From positions 896,001-960,000 of the forward strand of contig CAVPOC010000008.1 of the NCBI GenBank assembly GCA_963706955.1: a stretch of 64,000 nucleotides of DNA. The letters run 5' to 3'. Origin of the DNA: an uncultured Verrucomicrobiae bacterium (GTDB taxonomy: Bacteria > Verrucomicrobiota > Verrucomicrobiia > Chthoniobacterales > Terrimicrobiaceae). The notes beneath the pieces were generated by a model. It saw nothing but the letters and a program-made list of their open reading frames with translations. It ran no database searches and was not told where the DNA came from. Below, piece after piece: positions 9,324 through 19,107 of the stretch. Position 1 is the stretch's first letter. Every line of letters begins with the position of its first letter. The position numbers and the translations under genes are program-made.

Positions 9324-9710
9324 CCGCGGCAGGCCGGATAGAAGTCGATCTGGAGCCGCGGAGCCTTCCAGCCCAGGCCAAATTTCCTATCAACCCCCAA
9401 GCGGATTCCGCCTTCAACCTGGCTTAGCCCGGTGAATCGAAAGGCCTGTTCACCTTCCCCCGCGAGATAAGCATGCCAGCGCCAATCGCGACCCATGCGC
9501 CGCTAGTTCCCGCCTGAGGTGCGCGGTGAAGAAGCCGTCCGCGAGCCGATCACTTGCCAAATTAGAATTGGAAGCATTGCTCTCGTAGCGACCGCCGAGC
9601 TCCGCAGAGAATTCCAAGGCGGCGCTCGAAGCGTCCTTGAGCGGCAAGATGGCCGGGACCAGCAATAAAAACGTCAGCTTTGTTAGTCTCGCTCCCGCGC
9701 AAAAGTTCAT
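9324..9710 (-). pseudogene. Second, 3'-truncated copy of the beta-barrel gene (frameshift near 9500-9515)
   Basis: SAALEFSAELGGRYESNASNSNLASDRLADGFFTA and GRDWRWHAYLAGEGEQAFRFTGLSQ match ORF 6919..7785. Confidence 0.88.
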
Positions 9711-9894
9711 ACGGCTTCGCTTCCCTTTTCACGCTCTCTTACATTCGAGCTCACTCTGTTGTCGAGAGCAACCTATCCGTGCGCCGGACTGATTCGATTA
9801 GCGCAAGAAGGTCCGCCACGTAGCCGCTGACGATTTTTTTGAGTCGCCACCATCGCCGCGCGGCGGTAGTTTCGCCAGAGCTCATCAATCACTC

Positions 9895-10329
9895 ATGGCT
9901 ATTATCAAAGAATTCCGCGAATTCATTGCGAAAGGGAACGTGATCGACCTTGCGGTCGGCGTTATTATCGGCGCGGCGTTTGGTAGCATCGTAAAGTCGC
10001 TCACCGAGGACGTGATCATGCCTCCCGTCGGCAAAATTCTCGGCGGTCTGGGCGGCTTGAACTTTAAGGATTATTTCGTCCCTCTGGACGGGCAATTTAC
10101 GGCGTATAAGACGCTTGAACAGGCCCAGGCCTCGACGGCGGTGATCGCATATGGATCCTTCATTACGGTCGTCATTCAATTCTTGATCGTGGCTGCGTGT
10201 GTCTTCGCCTTGGTCAAGGTTATCAATCGGCTCAAGCGAGAAGAAGCAGCTAAACCTATTGAGGCCACGCGCTCCGAGGTGTTGCTCGAAGAGATACGCG
10301 ATCTTATCAAACGAGACCGCGCCGCCTGA
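9895..10329 (+). CDS. mscL: Large-conductance mechanosensitive channel
   Basis: KEFREFIAKGNVIDLAVGVIIGAAFG...YGSFI...LLEEIRDL. Confidence 0.96.
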   Translation: MAIIKEFREFIAKGNVIDLAVGVIIGAAFGSIVKSLTEDVIMPPVGKILGGLGGLNFKDYFVPLDGQFTAYKTLEQAQASTAVIAYGSFITVVIQFLIVAACVFALVKVINRLKREEAAKPIEATRSEVLLEEIRDLIKRDRAA

Positions 10330-10400
10330 GTCGCCGCTAGGCTCGGCCGAGGCGGATTGATTTTTCACCGGTTTACGGCGAAGCTTTTTTTCTGTCCGCT

Positions 10401-11786
10401 ATGGCTTTTGACCTTCTGAAGTTTCTCTTTATTTGCCTGGAGGTTATCCTCCTCTTCAACCTGCTCATTCTCGTTCATGAGCTGGGACACTTTCTGGCTG
10501 CCCGGTGGCGCGGGTTATTCGTGGAAAAATTCGCCATCTGGTTTGGTAAGCCAATCTGGAGCAAGAAGATCAATGGTATCGAATACCGTCTTGGCAGCAT
10601 TCCAGCAGGCGGCTACGTCGCAATTCCGCAACTCGCGCCGATGGAAGCGCTCGAGGGGAGAGTAGAAACGGATCGCAGCCAGCTTCCGCCGGTAAAGCCT
10701 CTGGACAAGATCATTGTGGCAGCGGCCGGTCCCGCTTTTAGCCTTGGGCTTGCGTTTCTCATGGCGGTGATCGTCTGGTTCGTCGGAAAACCGGAGAGCG
10801 AATCAGACTCGACAATGATTGGATACGTCAAACCTGGTGGCCCGGCCGAAACCGCGGGACTTCGAGTCGGCGATCGCATCCTGATGGTAGATGGTCACCC
10901 GGTGAATCGATTCTTTGGCGGCACCGATGGGGTCAAATGGAGGGTGATTAGAAGCGAAGGTGACACGATTCCCTTTCAAGTTGAACGAAACAGCGAGGTT
11001 TTGACGATAAACTCAGGGTGGTCCAAGCCCACAACAGCAAGCTGGAGACGCCCCGCCCTGCGCGAGGTGCAGATCGGACCCCGCGTCCTGCCGGGCGTGG
11101 GTTTCGTGATGCGAGGATCAATCGCCGACAAGGCAGGTCTGCGGGAGAACGACCTGATTGTTGCAGTCAATGGAAAACCGATCTTCAACCTCGATGAGAT
11201 CGTTCCATTTCTAAAAGAAAATGCGGGCGGAAAGGTGACCTTCACCGTGGAACGCGGTGGTCAGAGGCTTCCGATCGAGCTATCGGTGCCGCCGGCGACC
11301 GAGGCCAGCCCAAACGCGCCAATGGACCTTGGGATCGACTGGGGCCGAGTAGTCTTTAACCATCCCACCCCCTGGGCACAGGTCAAAGATGCGGCGACCA
11401 GCATCTTTCGCATGGTCGGCGCGCTGCTCTCCCCAAAATCGGACGTCAAAGCGGCGCACTTTAGCGGGCCGGTGGGGATCATGCGCCTCTACTATCAGGT
11501 CTTTGAGACGAACTACGGCTGGCAGTTGGCGCTTTCGCTGAGCGTGCTCATCAACGTCAACCTTGCCATTCTCAATCTCTTGCCTTTTCCAGTTCTCGAT
11601 GGCGGCCACATTGTTCTCGCCATCATCGAGGGGATAAGGCGCAAGCCAATCAATGTTCACGTTCTTGAGGCTGTGCAGACCGCTTGTGCGGTGCTCCTGA
11701 TCGGCTTCATGCTCTATGTCACCTTCTTTGACGTCGGCGACATGTTTGTCGCTGGTCAAAAAGAAGTGACCGAACAATCCAAGTGA
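10401..11786 (+). CDS. rseP: RIP metalloprotease RseP
   Basis: HELGH, two PDZ domains, SGPVGI, NLLPFPVLDGGH. Confidence 0.95.
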   Translation: MAFDLLKFLFICLEVILLFNLLILVHELGHFLAARWRGLFVEKFAIWFGKPIWSKKINGIEYRLGSIPAGGYVAIPQLAPMEALEGRVETDRSQLPPVKPLDKIIVAAAGPAFSLGLAFLMAVIVWFVGKPESESDSTMIGYVKPGGPAETAGLRVGDRILMVDGHPVNRFFGGTDGVKWRVIRSEGDTIPFQVERNSEVLTINSGWSKPTTASWRRPALREVQIGPRVLPGVGFVMRGSIADKAGLRENDLIVAVNGKPIFNLDEIVPFLKENAGGKVTFTVERGGQRLPIELSVPPATEASPNAPMDLGIDWGRVVFNHPTPWAQVKDAATSIFRMVGALLSPKSDVKAAHFSGPVGIMRLYYQVFETNYGWQLALSLSVLINVNLAILNLLPFPVLDGGHIVLAIIEGIRRKPINVHVLEAVQTACAVLLIGFMLYVTFFDVGDMFVAGQKEVTEQSK

Positions 11787-13597
11787 GCCTCCGTTATTGT
11801 CGCAGTCCCTACACGTATTCGCGGCGCGAGGCCCGTGAAGTGTGCGTCGGAAACGTGGCGCTCGGCGCCCCCCATCCGATCCGCGTCCAATCGATGCTGA
11901 CGTGCGACACCATGGATACCGACAAATGCGTCGGCCAATCTCTGGAACTCGTCGCGGTCGGCTGTGAAATCGTCAGAATCACGGCGCCGACCGTCAAAGA
12001 TGCCGCCAATCTTCAAAATATCGCGAATGCCCTCCGCGCGCGCGGCTGCGATGTCCCGTTGGTCGCAGACATCCACTTCAAGCCTGATGCGGCCATGGAA
12101 GCCGCTAGGTGGGTGGAAAAGGTGCGCATCAATCCAGGCAACTACGCGGACAAGAAGAAGTTCGCTGTGCGCGAATACACGGACGCAGAGTACGACGCGG
12201 AGCTCGCCCGCATTCGGGAAAAATTTTCCCCTCTCGTCGAGTTCTGCAAGGAACATGGGGTCGCGATGCGAATCGGCACGAACCATGGAAGCCTGAGCGA
12301 TCGCATCATGAATCGCTACGGCGACACCCCTCTCGGGATGGTGGAAAGCGCCCTTGAGTTTGCGCGGATCGCCCGGGATCTCGGCTATCACGATTTCATT
12401 TTTTCGATGAAGGCCAGCAATCCCAAGGTGATGATCGAGGCTTACCGGCTGCTGGTGGCGCGCCTCGCCGCCGAGGGATCCGACTGGAACTACCCGATTC
12501 ATCTTGGCGTAACTGAGGCCGGCGATGGCGAGGATGGCCGTATTAAGAGCGCAATAGGAATTGGCAGCCTGCTCTCGGACGGGATCGGCGATACGATTCG
12601 CGTTTCGCTTACCGAGGACAGCATTCACGAAATCCCAGTCGCGCGTGCCCTCGTCGAAGCGGCCTCCGGGAATCGAAGCACATCGTCTTCATTAGCGATC
12701 TCTGCCGATAACCGCTACGAGTATGATCCGTTCTCGTATCAACGTCGCCCGTCGCACACCATTAGTGTCAACGGCGTCAAGGTTGGAGGCGAAGAGGTGG
12801 TCCGCGTCGTCGTCCGCCAGTTGACGCACGACAAACTCGCCCATAAACTCGACCGCCTCGGCGACTACCAACCGGAGGTAGTCTATGAGAAGGCGGGGAT
12901 CCGCGAAGTGGATCCGCGCAACCACGACGAGATCACGGCCGTCAACTGCGAAACTCGTGATCTGCTCGTGACCGTGCGAGATGGCCTCGATCTTCCCGTC
13001 ATCGCGGCGTTTCGGATGCTTGCCGGACGCCTCGAGCCGCGCCATTCAATCCTCCTGAAGGATTCGCTGTCGCCGACCACCTCCGATTTTCTCAGCATCT
13101 TGCTAACTGCGGCCACGAACATCGGCGCGTTACTCTGCGACGGCATTGGCGATGCCATCCTCGTGCAGGGCGACATGATCAGCGAAGGCAACCTGCAACA
13201 AACTGCACTCGGACCCGGCCAGTCACTGCGGCTCGCCTACAATATCCTTCAAGCCGCCGGAGCAAGAATCTTCAAGACCGACTATGTCGCTTGCCCAAGC
13301 TGCGGGAGGACACTCTTCGATTTGCAGAGCACCACCGCCCGCATCAAGGCGGCCACCTCCCATCTTAAGGGCGTCAAGATTGCGATCATGGGATGTATCG
13401 TGAACGGACCGGGAGAAATGGCCGATGCGGATTTCGGCTATGTGGGCGGAGCCCCCGGCAAGGTCAATCTCTACGTCGGGAAAACGCCCGTAAAATTTAA
13501 CATCCCCGAAAAAGAAGCCGTCGAACGCCTCAAAGACCTGATTCGCGAACATGGAAAGTGGACCGAGCCACGCGAGGAAGTCGCGGCGGTTGCGTGA
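11783..13597 (+). CDS. ispG: (E)-4-hydroxy-3-methylbut-2-enyl-diphosphate synthase, long form
   Basis: PIRVQSM, LVADIHF, RINPGN, RIGTNHGSL, CPSCGRT, MGCIVNGPGE. Confidence 0.97.
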   Translation: MSLRYCRSPYTYSRREAREVCVGNVALGAPHPIRVQSMLTCDTMDTDKCVGQSLELVAVGCEIVRITAPTVKDAANLQNIANALRARGCDVPLVADIHFKPDAAMEAARWVEKVRINPGNYADKKKFAVREYTDAEYDAELARIREKFSPLVEFCKEHGVAMRIGTNHGSLSDRIMNRYGDTPLGMVESALEFARIARDLGYHDFIFSMKASNPKVMIEAYRLLVARLAAEGSDWNYPIHLGVTEAGDGEDGRIKSAIGIGSLLSDGIGDTIRVSLTEDSIHEIPVARALVEAASGNRSTSSSLAISADNRYEYDPFSYQRRPSHTISVNGVKVGGEEVVRVVVRQLTHDKLAHKLDRLGDYQPEVVYEKAGIREVDPRNHDEITAVNCETRDLLVTVRDGLDLPVIAAFRMLAGRLEPRHSILLKDSLSPTTSDFLSILLTAATNIGALLCDGIGDAILVQGDMISEGNLQQTALGPGQSLRLAYNILQAAGARIFKTDYVACPSCGRTLFDLQSTTARIKAATSHLKGVKIAIMGCIVNGPGEMADADFGYVGGAPGKVNLYVGKTPVKFNIPEKEAVERLKDLIREHGKWTEPREEVAAVA

Positions 13598-13636
13598 CGC
13601 CAGACTATCTGTAAGCTCAATTCAAGGCGGCCCGAG

Positions 13637-13849
13637 ATGGAAAATATTGGCAAGCTTTTGGTAATCGTTGGGGTGACGATGACGATCGTCGGAGGCGCGC
13701 TCTGGGCCGGTTTTGGCCGCGGCTGGCTCGGTCGGCTTCCCGGCGACATCCATGTCGAACGGGACGGGTTTGGATTCTATTTTCCGATTGTCACCTGCAT
13801 CATTCTCAGCATCGTCCTGACGTTGCTTCTCAACATTTTTCGACGCTAA
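13637..13849 (+). CDS. DUF2905 family small membrane protein
   Basis: GRLPGDI...FYFPIVTCIILSIVLT. Confidence 0.85.
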   Translation: MENIGKLLVIVGVTMTIVGGALWAGFGRGWLGRLPGDIHVERDGFGFYFPIVTCIILSIVLTLLLNIFRR

Positions 13850-13895
13850 AGATTTTCCTCGCGGTCGTGAGCTTAGAGTGGTTTTCTTTGCCGTC

Positions 13896-14318
13896 ATGAG
13901 AACGCTTGCGATTACCCTCTGCGCCACCGTCTTAATGATTTCCTTGAGCTCTTGCACATGGCTTAAGGAAAAATATGCCAAGAATGAAAGCGCGACGGTC
14001 GCGTATCTTTCGGAAAAAAAAGCCTCTCCGCCTAAGATGAACATCGAAGGCTTGTGGTACTCGCCTCAGTGGGGCGCCGTCGTGTTCAACCAGGAACCCG
14101 GCGGCAAGCTGACGGGAGCCTTCCAAGATTATTACTCCGTTAGTGGCGTAGTTAGCGGCAACGAAGCGTTTATTGCGCTGACGGATGATGACTGGGTCGA
14201 ATACACCGTCGAGCTTCGCCGCCAGAGCAGGGAGGAACTGAGGGGCTTCTACTCCCCAAGTGTTCCGTTTCAGGACAAGGATGCGCACGAGCTCGTGCTC
14301 AAGCGCATTGGAGACTGA
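13896..14318 (+). CDS. Hypothetical lipoprotein (paralog of next gene)
   Basis: Lipobox LSSC; NIEGLWYSPQWG, GVVSG, GFYS. Confidence 0.7.
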   Translation: MRTLAITLCATVLMISLSSCTWLKEKYAKNESATVAYLSEKKASPPKMNIEGLWYSPQWGAVVFNQEPGGKLTGAFQDYYSVSGVVSGNEAFIALTDDDWVEYTVELRRQSREELRGFYSPSVPFQDKDAHELVLKRIGD

Positions 14319-14320
14319 CC

Positions 14321-14761
14321 TTGAAGGGCGGCCTGCTTGTTGTCTTGGCGGTCGCCGCGTCGCTCTCCGGGTGCCAGAGCGTCCGGAATTTCTCGCAGGA
14401 AAGATACTCCCGGAACAACGAATCCGCGCGCGCCTGGCTTTCTGATCAGATTTTCCCCGCCGAGATCAACATCTCGGGCTCATGGAGATCGCGCGATTGG
14501 GGGGATTCGTTCTTTTCGCAGACCGACCGAACGGTCAAGGGTAATCTCGGAAATTATCCGGTGGAGGGCGTGGTCAGCGGTTCCAAGGCTTACTTGCTGG
14601 CGAGTTCGGGAGGGGGATGGTTCCATTACAGCATCATCCTGGAAATGCCGGCGCCGAACGTCCTCCTCGGCTATTATTCTCGCTCGATCCCGTATAGATC
14701 AAGTAATCGACAAGACATTCGTCTTGATAGGACCGGTCCGCCTGCGTCCGGTCCAGGCTAA
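14321..14761 (+). CDS. Hypothetical lipoprotein (paralog of previous gene)
   Basis: Lipobox LSGC; NISGSWRSRDWG, GVVSG, GYYS. Confidence 0.7.
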   Translation: MKGGLLVVLAVAASLSGCQSVRNFSQERYSRNNESARAWLSDQIFPAEINISGSWRSRDWGDSFFSQTDRTVKGNLGNYPVEGVVSGSKAYLLASSGGGWFHYSIILEMPAPNVLLGYYSRSIPYRSSNRQDIRLDRTGPPASGPG

Positions 14762-16404
14762 GGTAAGCGCGCCAAGAGTCCGGTAATATAAGGGAGGAGT
14801 TGTTTTTTCCGCGAAACGACCCCGTCCAACCGCCAGCCAAATTCGCCTGCCTCCGGATAGTCGATCAGGCGTGTGAACGATGGGTCGCCTCGGACAAGAA
14901 GAATTGAATTTTGCGTGTTGATGTCGGTGATCAGCAAGGCGGTGAAGAGGTAACCTTTTTCCGCCCGATGTGCTTCCAACGCTTCGAGCAAGGCCGCTCG
15001 TTTAGCCTCAAACGGAGCAAAGCTAAGCTCTTCGATCTGCGCGACACTGTAACGATGTGAGCCGTGCTCGTATTCTTTGGAGTCTGCCGTGACCGCCTCG
15101 TGCGGGCTCATCGTCAGCAGGGGCGAACCAACGGAAAAGATCTCCGCAGCCAGGTCGGCCGGATTGATTCCGCTCGTCTGGGCCAGATCCGCCATCAAGG
15201 CGCGGTCCACATCCGTTGTCGTTGGTGAAGTGAGATTAAGCGTGTCCGATATCATGCCGCACATCAACAGACCGGCCAGGTTTTTCGACAAAGGAACCCC
15301 GGCTTGCTGAAAGAGCGTGCCAATGATCGTCGAAGTGGATCCGACGGGCCGATTAAGGAAAAGGATCGGCGACTCGGTCGGCGGGGCGCCGATACGGTGA
15401 TGGTCGAGAATCTCGGCAATCGGGACACGGTCCGCGCCGTCGACAGCTTGCGTGAGTTCGTTATGATCAACCAGAATCAGCTGACGTGGAATGGGCTTGA
15501 GGAAATCGCCCTTGGCGAGGATTCCTCGAAGGTGCCGGTGCTGGTCAAGCACCGGAAAAATGAACTGCGAGGATGTTGCCAAATCCCTTTCCGCCTCCTC
15601 CAGCGGAGTTTCGGGGGACACAGAGATGAAAGCGTCGTCGAGCATCTCGCCGGAGCGCACCGCGCTGCGCGCCAGGAGCACGGTCGTCGCGGTGTCGTGC
15701 GGCGAGCTGATGATCACCGTCCCTCTGTCCTCCGCCTGGCGGATAATGTCCTCTTCGACCTTCAGTCCGCCCGTGACGATGATGGCATGGACGTTTTGCT
15801 CGATAGCAAGCCTCTGCACATCGTGACGATCGCCGACGATGAGCACGGCCTTCTTCTGATCGAGGTTGCTCAACCGGCGCCGGAACGATTCAATCTCCAT
15901 GGCGGCCACGATGAGAATAAAGTGACGGATGTCGCTTTCAGGCGTACCCGCCAAAAGTGCGCCGCCCACGGTCTCAATGAGCTCCTTCAGAGCGGCACGC
16001 ACTTCGCGCTGGAGACGAACCTGATCGCGAGGTGGGAACAGGTATTGGCCGATTTTGAGAGTGGAAACCAACCCGACACAGCACTGGTTCTTGTCCACTA
16101 CCGGCAGACCGCGAAACCCCTTTTGGCTGATGCGGGTGAACGCCTCGTAGATCGGATCCTCGGGGCCGATGCTCACGACTTCCGGATTCATGACATCTTC
16201 GATTCGCGGCCGGACGCTGGTGACGAACCAGGGCGCTTCAAAGCCAAATTTTGCGAGGGCATAGTCGATTCGTTGGTTAGTATTTCCACAGCGCGCCGCC
16301 CGCACCTGGTTTGCTCCCGTCGCCTTCTTGAACTCTGCATAGGCAATCGCGGAACAGATCGAATCCATGTCCGGGTTCTTGTGCCCAATTACGATAGTCT
16401 GCAT
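14758..16404 (-). CDS. ppaC: Mn-dependent inorganic pyrophosphatase with CBS-DRTGG-CBS insert
   Basis: GHKNPDMDS, LVDHNE, DHH, ISDT, GVVSRKKQ. Confidence 0.94.
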   Translation of the reverse strand: MQTIVIGHKNPDMDSICSAIAYAEFKKATGANQVRAARCGNTNQRIDYALAKFGFEAPWFVTSVRPRIEDVMNPEVVSIGPEDPIYEAFTRISQKGFRGLPVVDKNQCCVGLVSTLKIGQYLFPPRDQVRLQREVRAALKELIETVGGALLAGTPESDIRHFILIVAAMEIESFRRRLSNLDQKKAVLIVGDRHDVQRLAIEQNVHAIIVTGGLKVEEDIIRQAEDRGTVIISSPHDTATTVLLARSAVRSGEMLDDAFISVSPETPLEEAERDLATSSQFIFPVLDQHRHLRGILAKGDFLKPIPRQLILVDHNELTQAVDGADRVPIAEILDHHRIGAPPTESPILFLNRPVGSTSTIIGTLFQQAGVPLSKNLAGLLMCGMISDTLNLTSPTTTDVDRALMADLAQTSGINPADLAAEIFSVGSPLLTMSPHEAVTADSKEYEHGSHRYSVAQIEELSFAPFEAKRAALLEALEAHRAEKGYLFTALLITDINTQNSILLVRGDPSFTRLIDYPEAGEFGWRLDGVVSRKKQLLPYITGLLARLP

Positions 16405-16450
16405 GCGTTCTTGGTAGCACGTCCCCCTTTTTGGCAATAGGAAAACATTC

Positions 16451-17771
16451 ATGCGGTTATCTCTGTGCTGGCTGACTCTACTGTTCGTGGCCACGGCCTC
16501 GTTTCTGAAGGCGCAGGAGCCCGTTCCGACACCGCTACCCCTCGACGAGATTTTGCTACGAACTGATCTCTGGGAGTCCGACCAACCAGCTCTCGATTCG
16601 GAGCTGGCCACCCTGCACTTTGAGTGGATTTCGGCAACTCGCGACGTCGCTCGTTCTTCAGCGCCGGGTCTCGTCTTCCAATAACCATCCGCTCAACGAA
16701 GCAATTCTCGCGTTCCATAACGGCAAGCTTAGGGAGGCGAGACTTTCTTTCTTTAACCGCGGAGATTCTCGCGCCTTGCGAGAGGACCAGTTCGAAGCAC
16801 TGCTCGCCAGCATCACAGCCGGCCTGAACGCTGCTACGGGGGTTGCGCCGGCAGAGCGTGGTCGCGATCCGGGCAGCGTCGTCCGAGCTCAGGGGCGGAC
16901 CTGGGATGCGGGCGGCACTAGGTTTTTGCTGGAATGGAGCGTGACCAAAGAATCGAAGGTGCGCGCGATACCTTATCGGGCGGAATTCATTCGCCTGACC
17001 CTACGGCCCTTTCCATCCACGCTTAGGCCCATTGGCGCGTCGCCTGTTCGGGTTAGGGACACTGTCAAAGCGTTCGTCGGCCGCGACCACGTCGAGCGTC
17101 TGCCGAATGGCGATGTGAAGCTGAAAGATCTCCCCATGGTCGACCAAGGAGAAAAGGGCTACTGTGTGGTGGCCTCCGTCGAGCGTATCCTGCGCTACTA
17201 CGGTGCCGCGGTCGATCAGCACGAACTCGCCCAGATCGCTAATACCGATGCCTCACTCGGCACAAGCACAGGGGCGATGCTCAGTTCTCTTCGCAGGCTC
17301 ACGGAACGCCTCGGAGTAAAGGTGCGTTCATTCTACCAATGGGACGCCCGCGATTTTCTCAAGATTGTCGATGGCTACAATCGTGCCACCAAACGCGGCA
17401 AGCTGGCTCCGGAAATCCCTCTACCCTATGCGGCTGATGCCAACGCATTCTTCTCCCAGGTGAAGCCCGAGATCTACAAGGAAGTGCGCACGAAGAGCGC
17501 CGCTGATTTCGGTAAATTTCAACGCGATATCCAGCGCAGCATCGACGAAGGCATACCCCTTCTCTGGTCGGTTCGCCTCGGAATAGTGCGAGAAAGCAAC
17601 TCCCCTCAACGCACCGGCGGACACATGCGAATCATTGTCGGCTACAACCTGAACACCCGCGAAGTCCTCTACAGTGATTCATGGGGCCAGGGGCATGAGG
17701 AAAAGCGCATGCCCATGGATGACGCCTGGACAATTACGAACGGCCTCAGCAGCCTTCAACCGCTCTCCTGA
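16451..17771 (+). CDS. Secreted C39-like (papain-fold) peptidase (frameshift near 16680)
   Basis: Signal peptide in ORF 16451..16684; PMVDQGEKGYC, GGHMRIIVGYN, YSDSWG in ORF 16620..17771. Confidence 0.78.
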
Positions 17772-17829
17772 TTCTTGCACGAAACTTTCTTCCGTTTCAC
17801 GCGCAGCTGAGTAATCGTCTTCCCTTTCC

Positions 17830-19020
17830 GTGAAAAACAAACGCATCTTGATTCTCTCAGCTTCGGTTGGCTCCGGTCATGTCAAGGCCGCCGAAGCGCT
17901 CGCGAAATCCTTTCGCGCCCGACCCGAAGTCGAGGAAGTCCTGATGGATGATTCGCTCGACCATACAAACGTTCTGCACAAGCAGCTCTACTCCACCCTA
18001 TATAAGCGACTCTCCGCGGTTTTGCCCGAGTTTCTTGGCTGGTGGTATGTCTCGAGTGACGATCCCTGGGTATCTGACAGAAGCCGGCTAGCGCTCGACC
18101 TTCCTCAGGCCCTTCCACTCGTCAACCTAGTCCGCGATTTCAAGCCCGACTCGGTCATCTGTACGCACTTCATGCCCGCGGGAGTGCTTTCGTTCCTGAT
18201 CGGTCTGGGCCGTCTCGAAGTCGAGTTGGGTATCGTCGTGACGGACTATCACTTTCATGCCTTCTGGATCACGCGGGCCTTTCACTGGTATTTTGTCGCT
18301 CAGGAGGAGGACCGCATTCATATGGAAGGTCTTGGTCTTCCCGCAGATCGGATTCACGTCACTGGAATTCCGATCGGCCCGGAGTTTTCGCAGCCTGTTG
18401 ATCGCGAAGCTGTGCTCAAACGACATCAATTGAGAGCGGACTTGCCAACTTTGCTGATCGCCGGGGGTACCCTCGGTCTCAGCCCCGCATCCGCAGTTGT
18501 TCGCAGACTGCTGCAGCTCGAGCGCGATTTCCAAGCCATCGTTCTTTGTGGAAAAAACGAAGAGCTAAAAAAACAGATCGAAGGCCTCGTTGCCGAACAG
18601 AGAGATCGCTTTCGCATCCTGGGCTATACGACGGACATGCCAGACTTATTGGGGGCAGCTACGCTGCTCTTGAGCAAACCGGGAGGCTTGACCGCGGCAG
18701 AGGCTCTGGCACGCGGTCTGCCCATGGTCATCCTCGATCCAATCGGTGGACAAGAGGAACGCAATTCCGACGTGCTCCTCGAGGCGGGAGCAGCCGTAAA
18801 ATGTACGGAAGTAACCGTGCTCAATCACAAGCTTTCCCGCCTGCTCGACGATCCGGAACGGATCGCCACGATGAGCGAAAACGCGCGGCGACTCGGTCGC
18901 CCCGGCGCGGCAGACGACGTCGCCCGGATCGTCCTTGAACCGGGTCCTCGCGCGCCAACCATCATCTCGCGCCTCCGCGAAAAGGAGCTTCGAAAACAGT
19001 TCCAAAAAGACAAGGCCTAG
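17830..19020 (+). CDS. MGDG synthase/UgtP-like GT28 glycosyltransferase
   Basis: SASVGSGHVKAA, CTHF, VVTDY, TGIPI, KPGGLT, GQEERN. Confidence 0.88.
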   Translation: MKNKRILILSASVGSGHVKAAEALAKSFRARPEVEEVLMDDSLDHTNVLHKQLYSTLYKRLSAVLPEFLGWWYVSSDDPWVSDRSRLALDLPQALPLVNLVRDFKPDSVICTHFMPAGVLSFLIGLGRLEVELGIVVTDYHFHAFWITRAFHWYFVAQEEDRIHMEGLGLPADRIHVTGIPIGPEFSQPVDREAVLKRHQLRADLPTLLIAGGTLGLSPASAVVRRLLQLERDFQAIVLCGKNEELKKQIEGLVAEQRDRFRILGYTTDMPDLLGAATLLLSKPGGLTAAEALARGLPMVILDPIGGQEERNSDVLLEAGAAVKCTEVTVLNHKLSRLLDDPERIATMSENARRLGRPGAADDVARIVLEPGPRAPTIISRLREKELRKQFQKDKA

Positions 19021-19107
19021 TCGAACGACGGTCATACAGCGCCAAGTGAACCGCGAGGAGCGATTCTATCAAAATGCGCACTCCAGCGACTTCCAACACT
19101 TCCGCCC

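Noticed and set aside
8665..9435. 256-aa ORF as a real gene
   Set aside because: It joins an off-frame reading of the cyclase, the HIT fragment and the antisense of barrel copy B across a junction.
15304..16440. Long antisense ORFs (also 42438..43937, 11756..12628, 41251..42201, 60678..61490, 56279..57085)
   Set aside because: Shadows of real genes on the opposite strand in GC-rich DNA, with no recognisable motifs.
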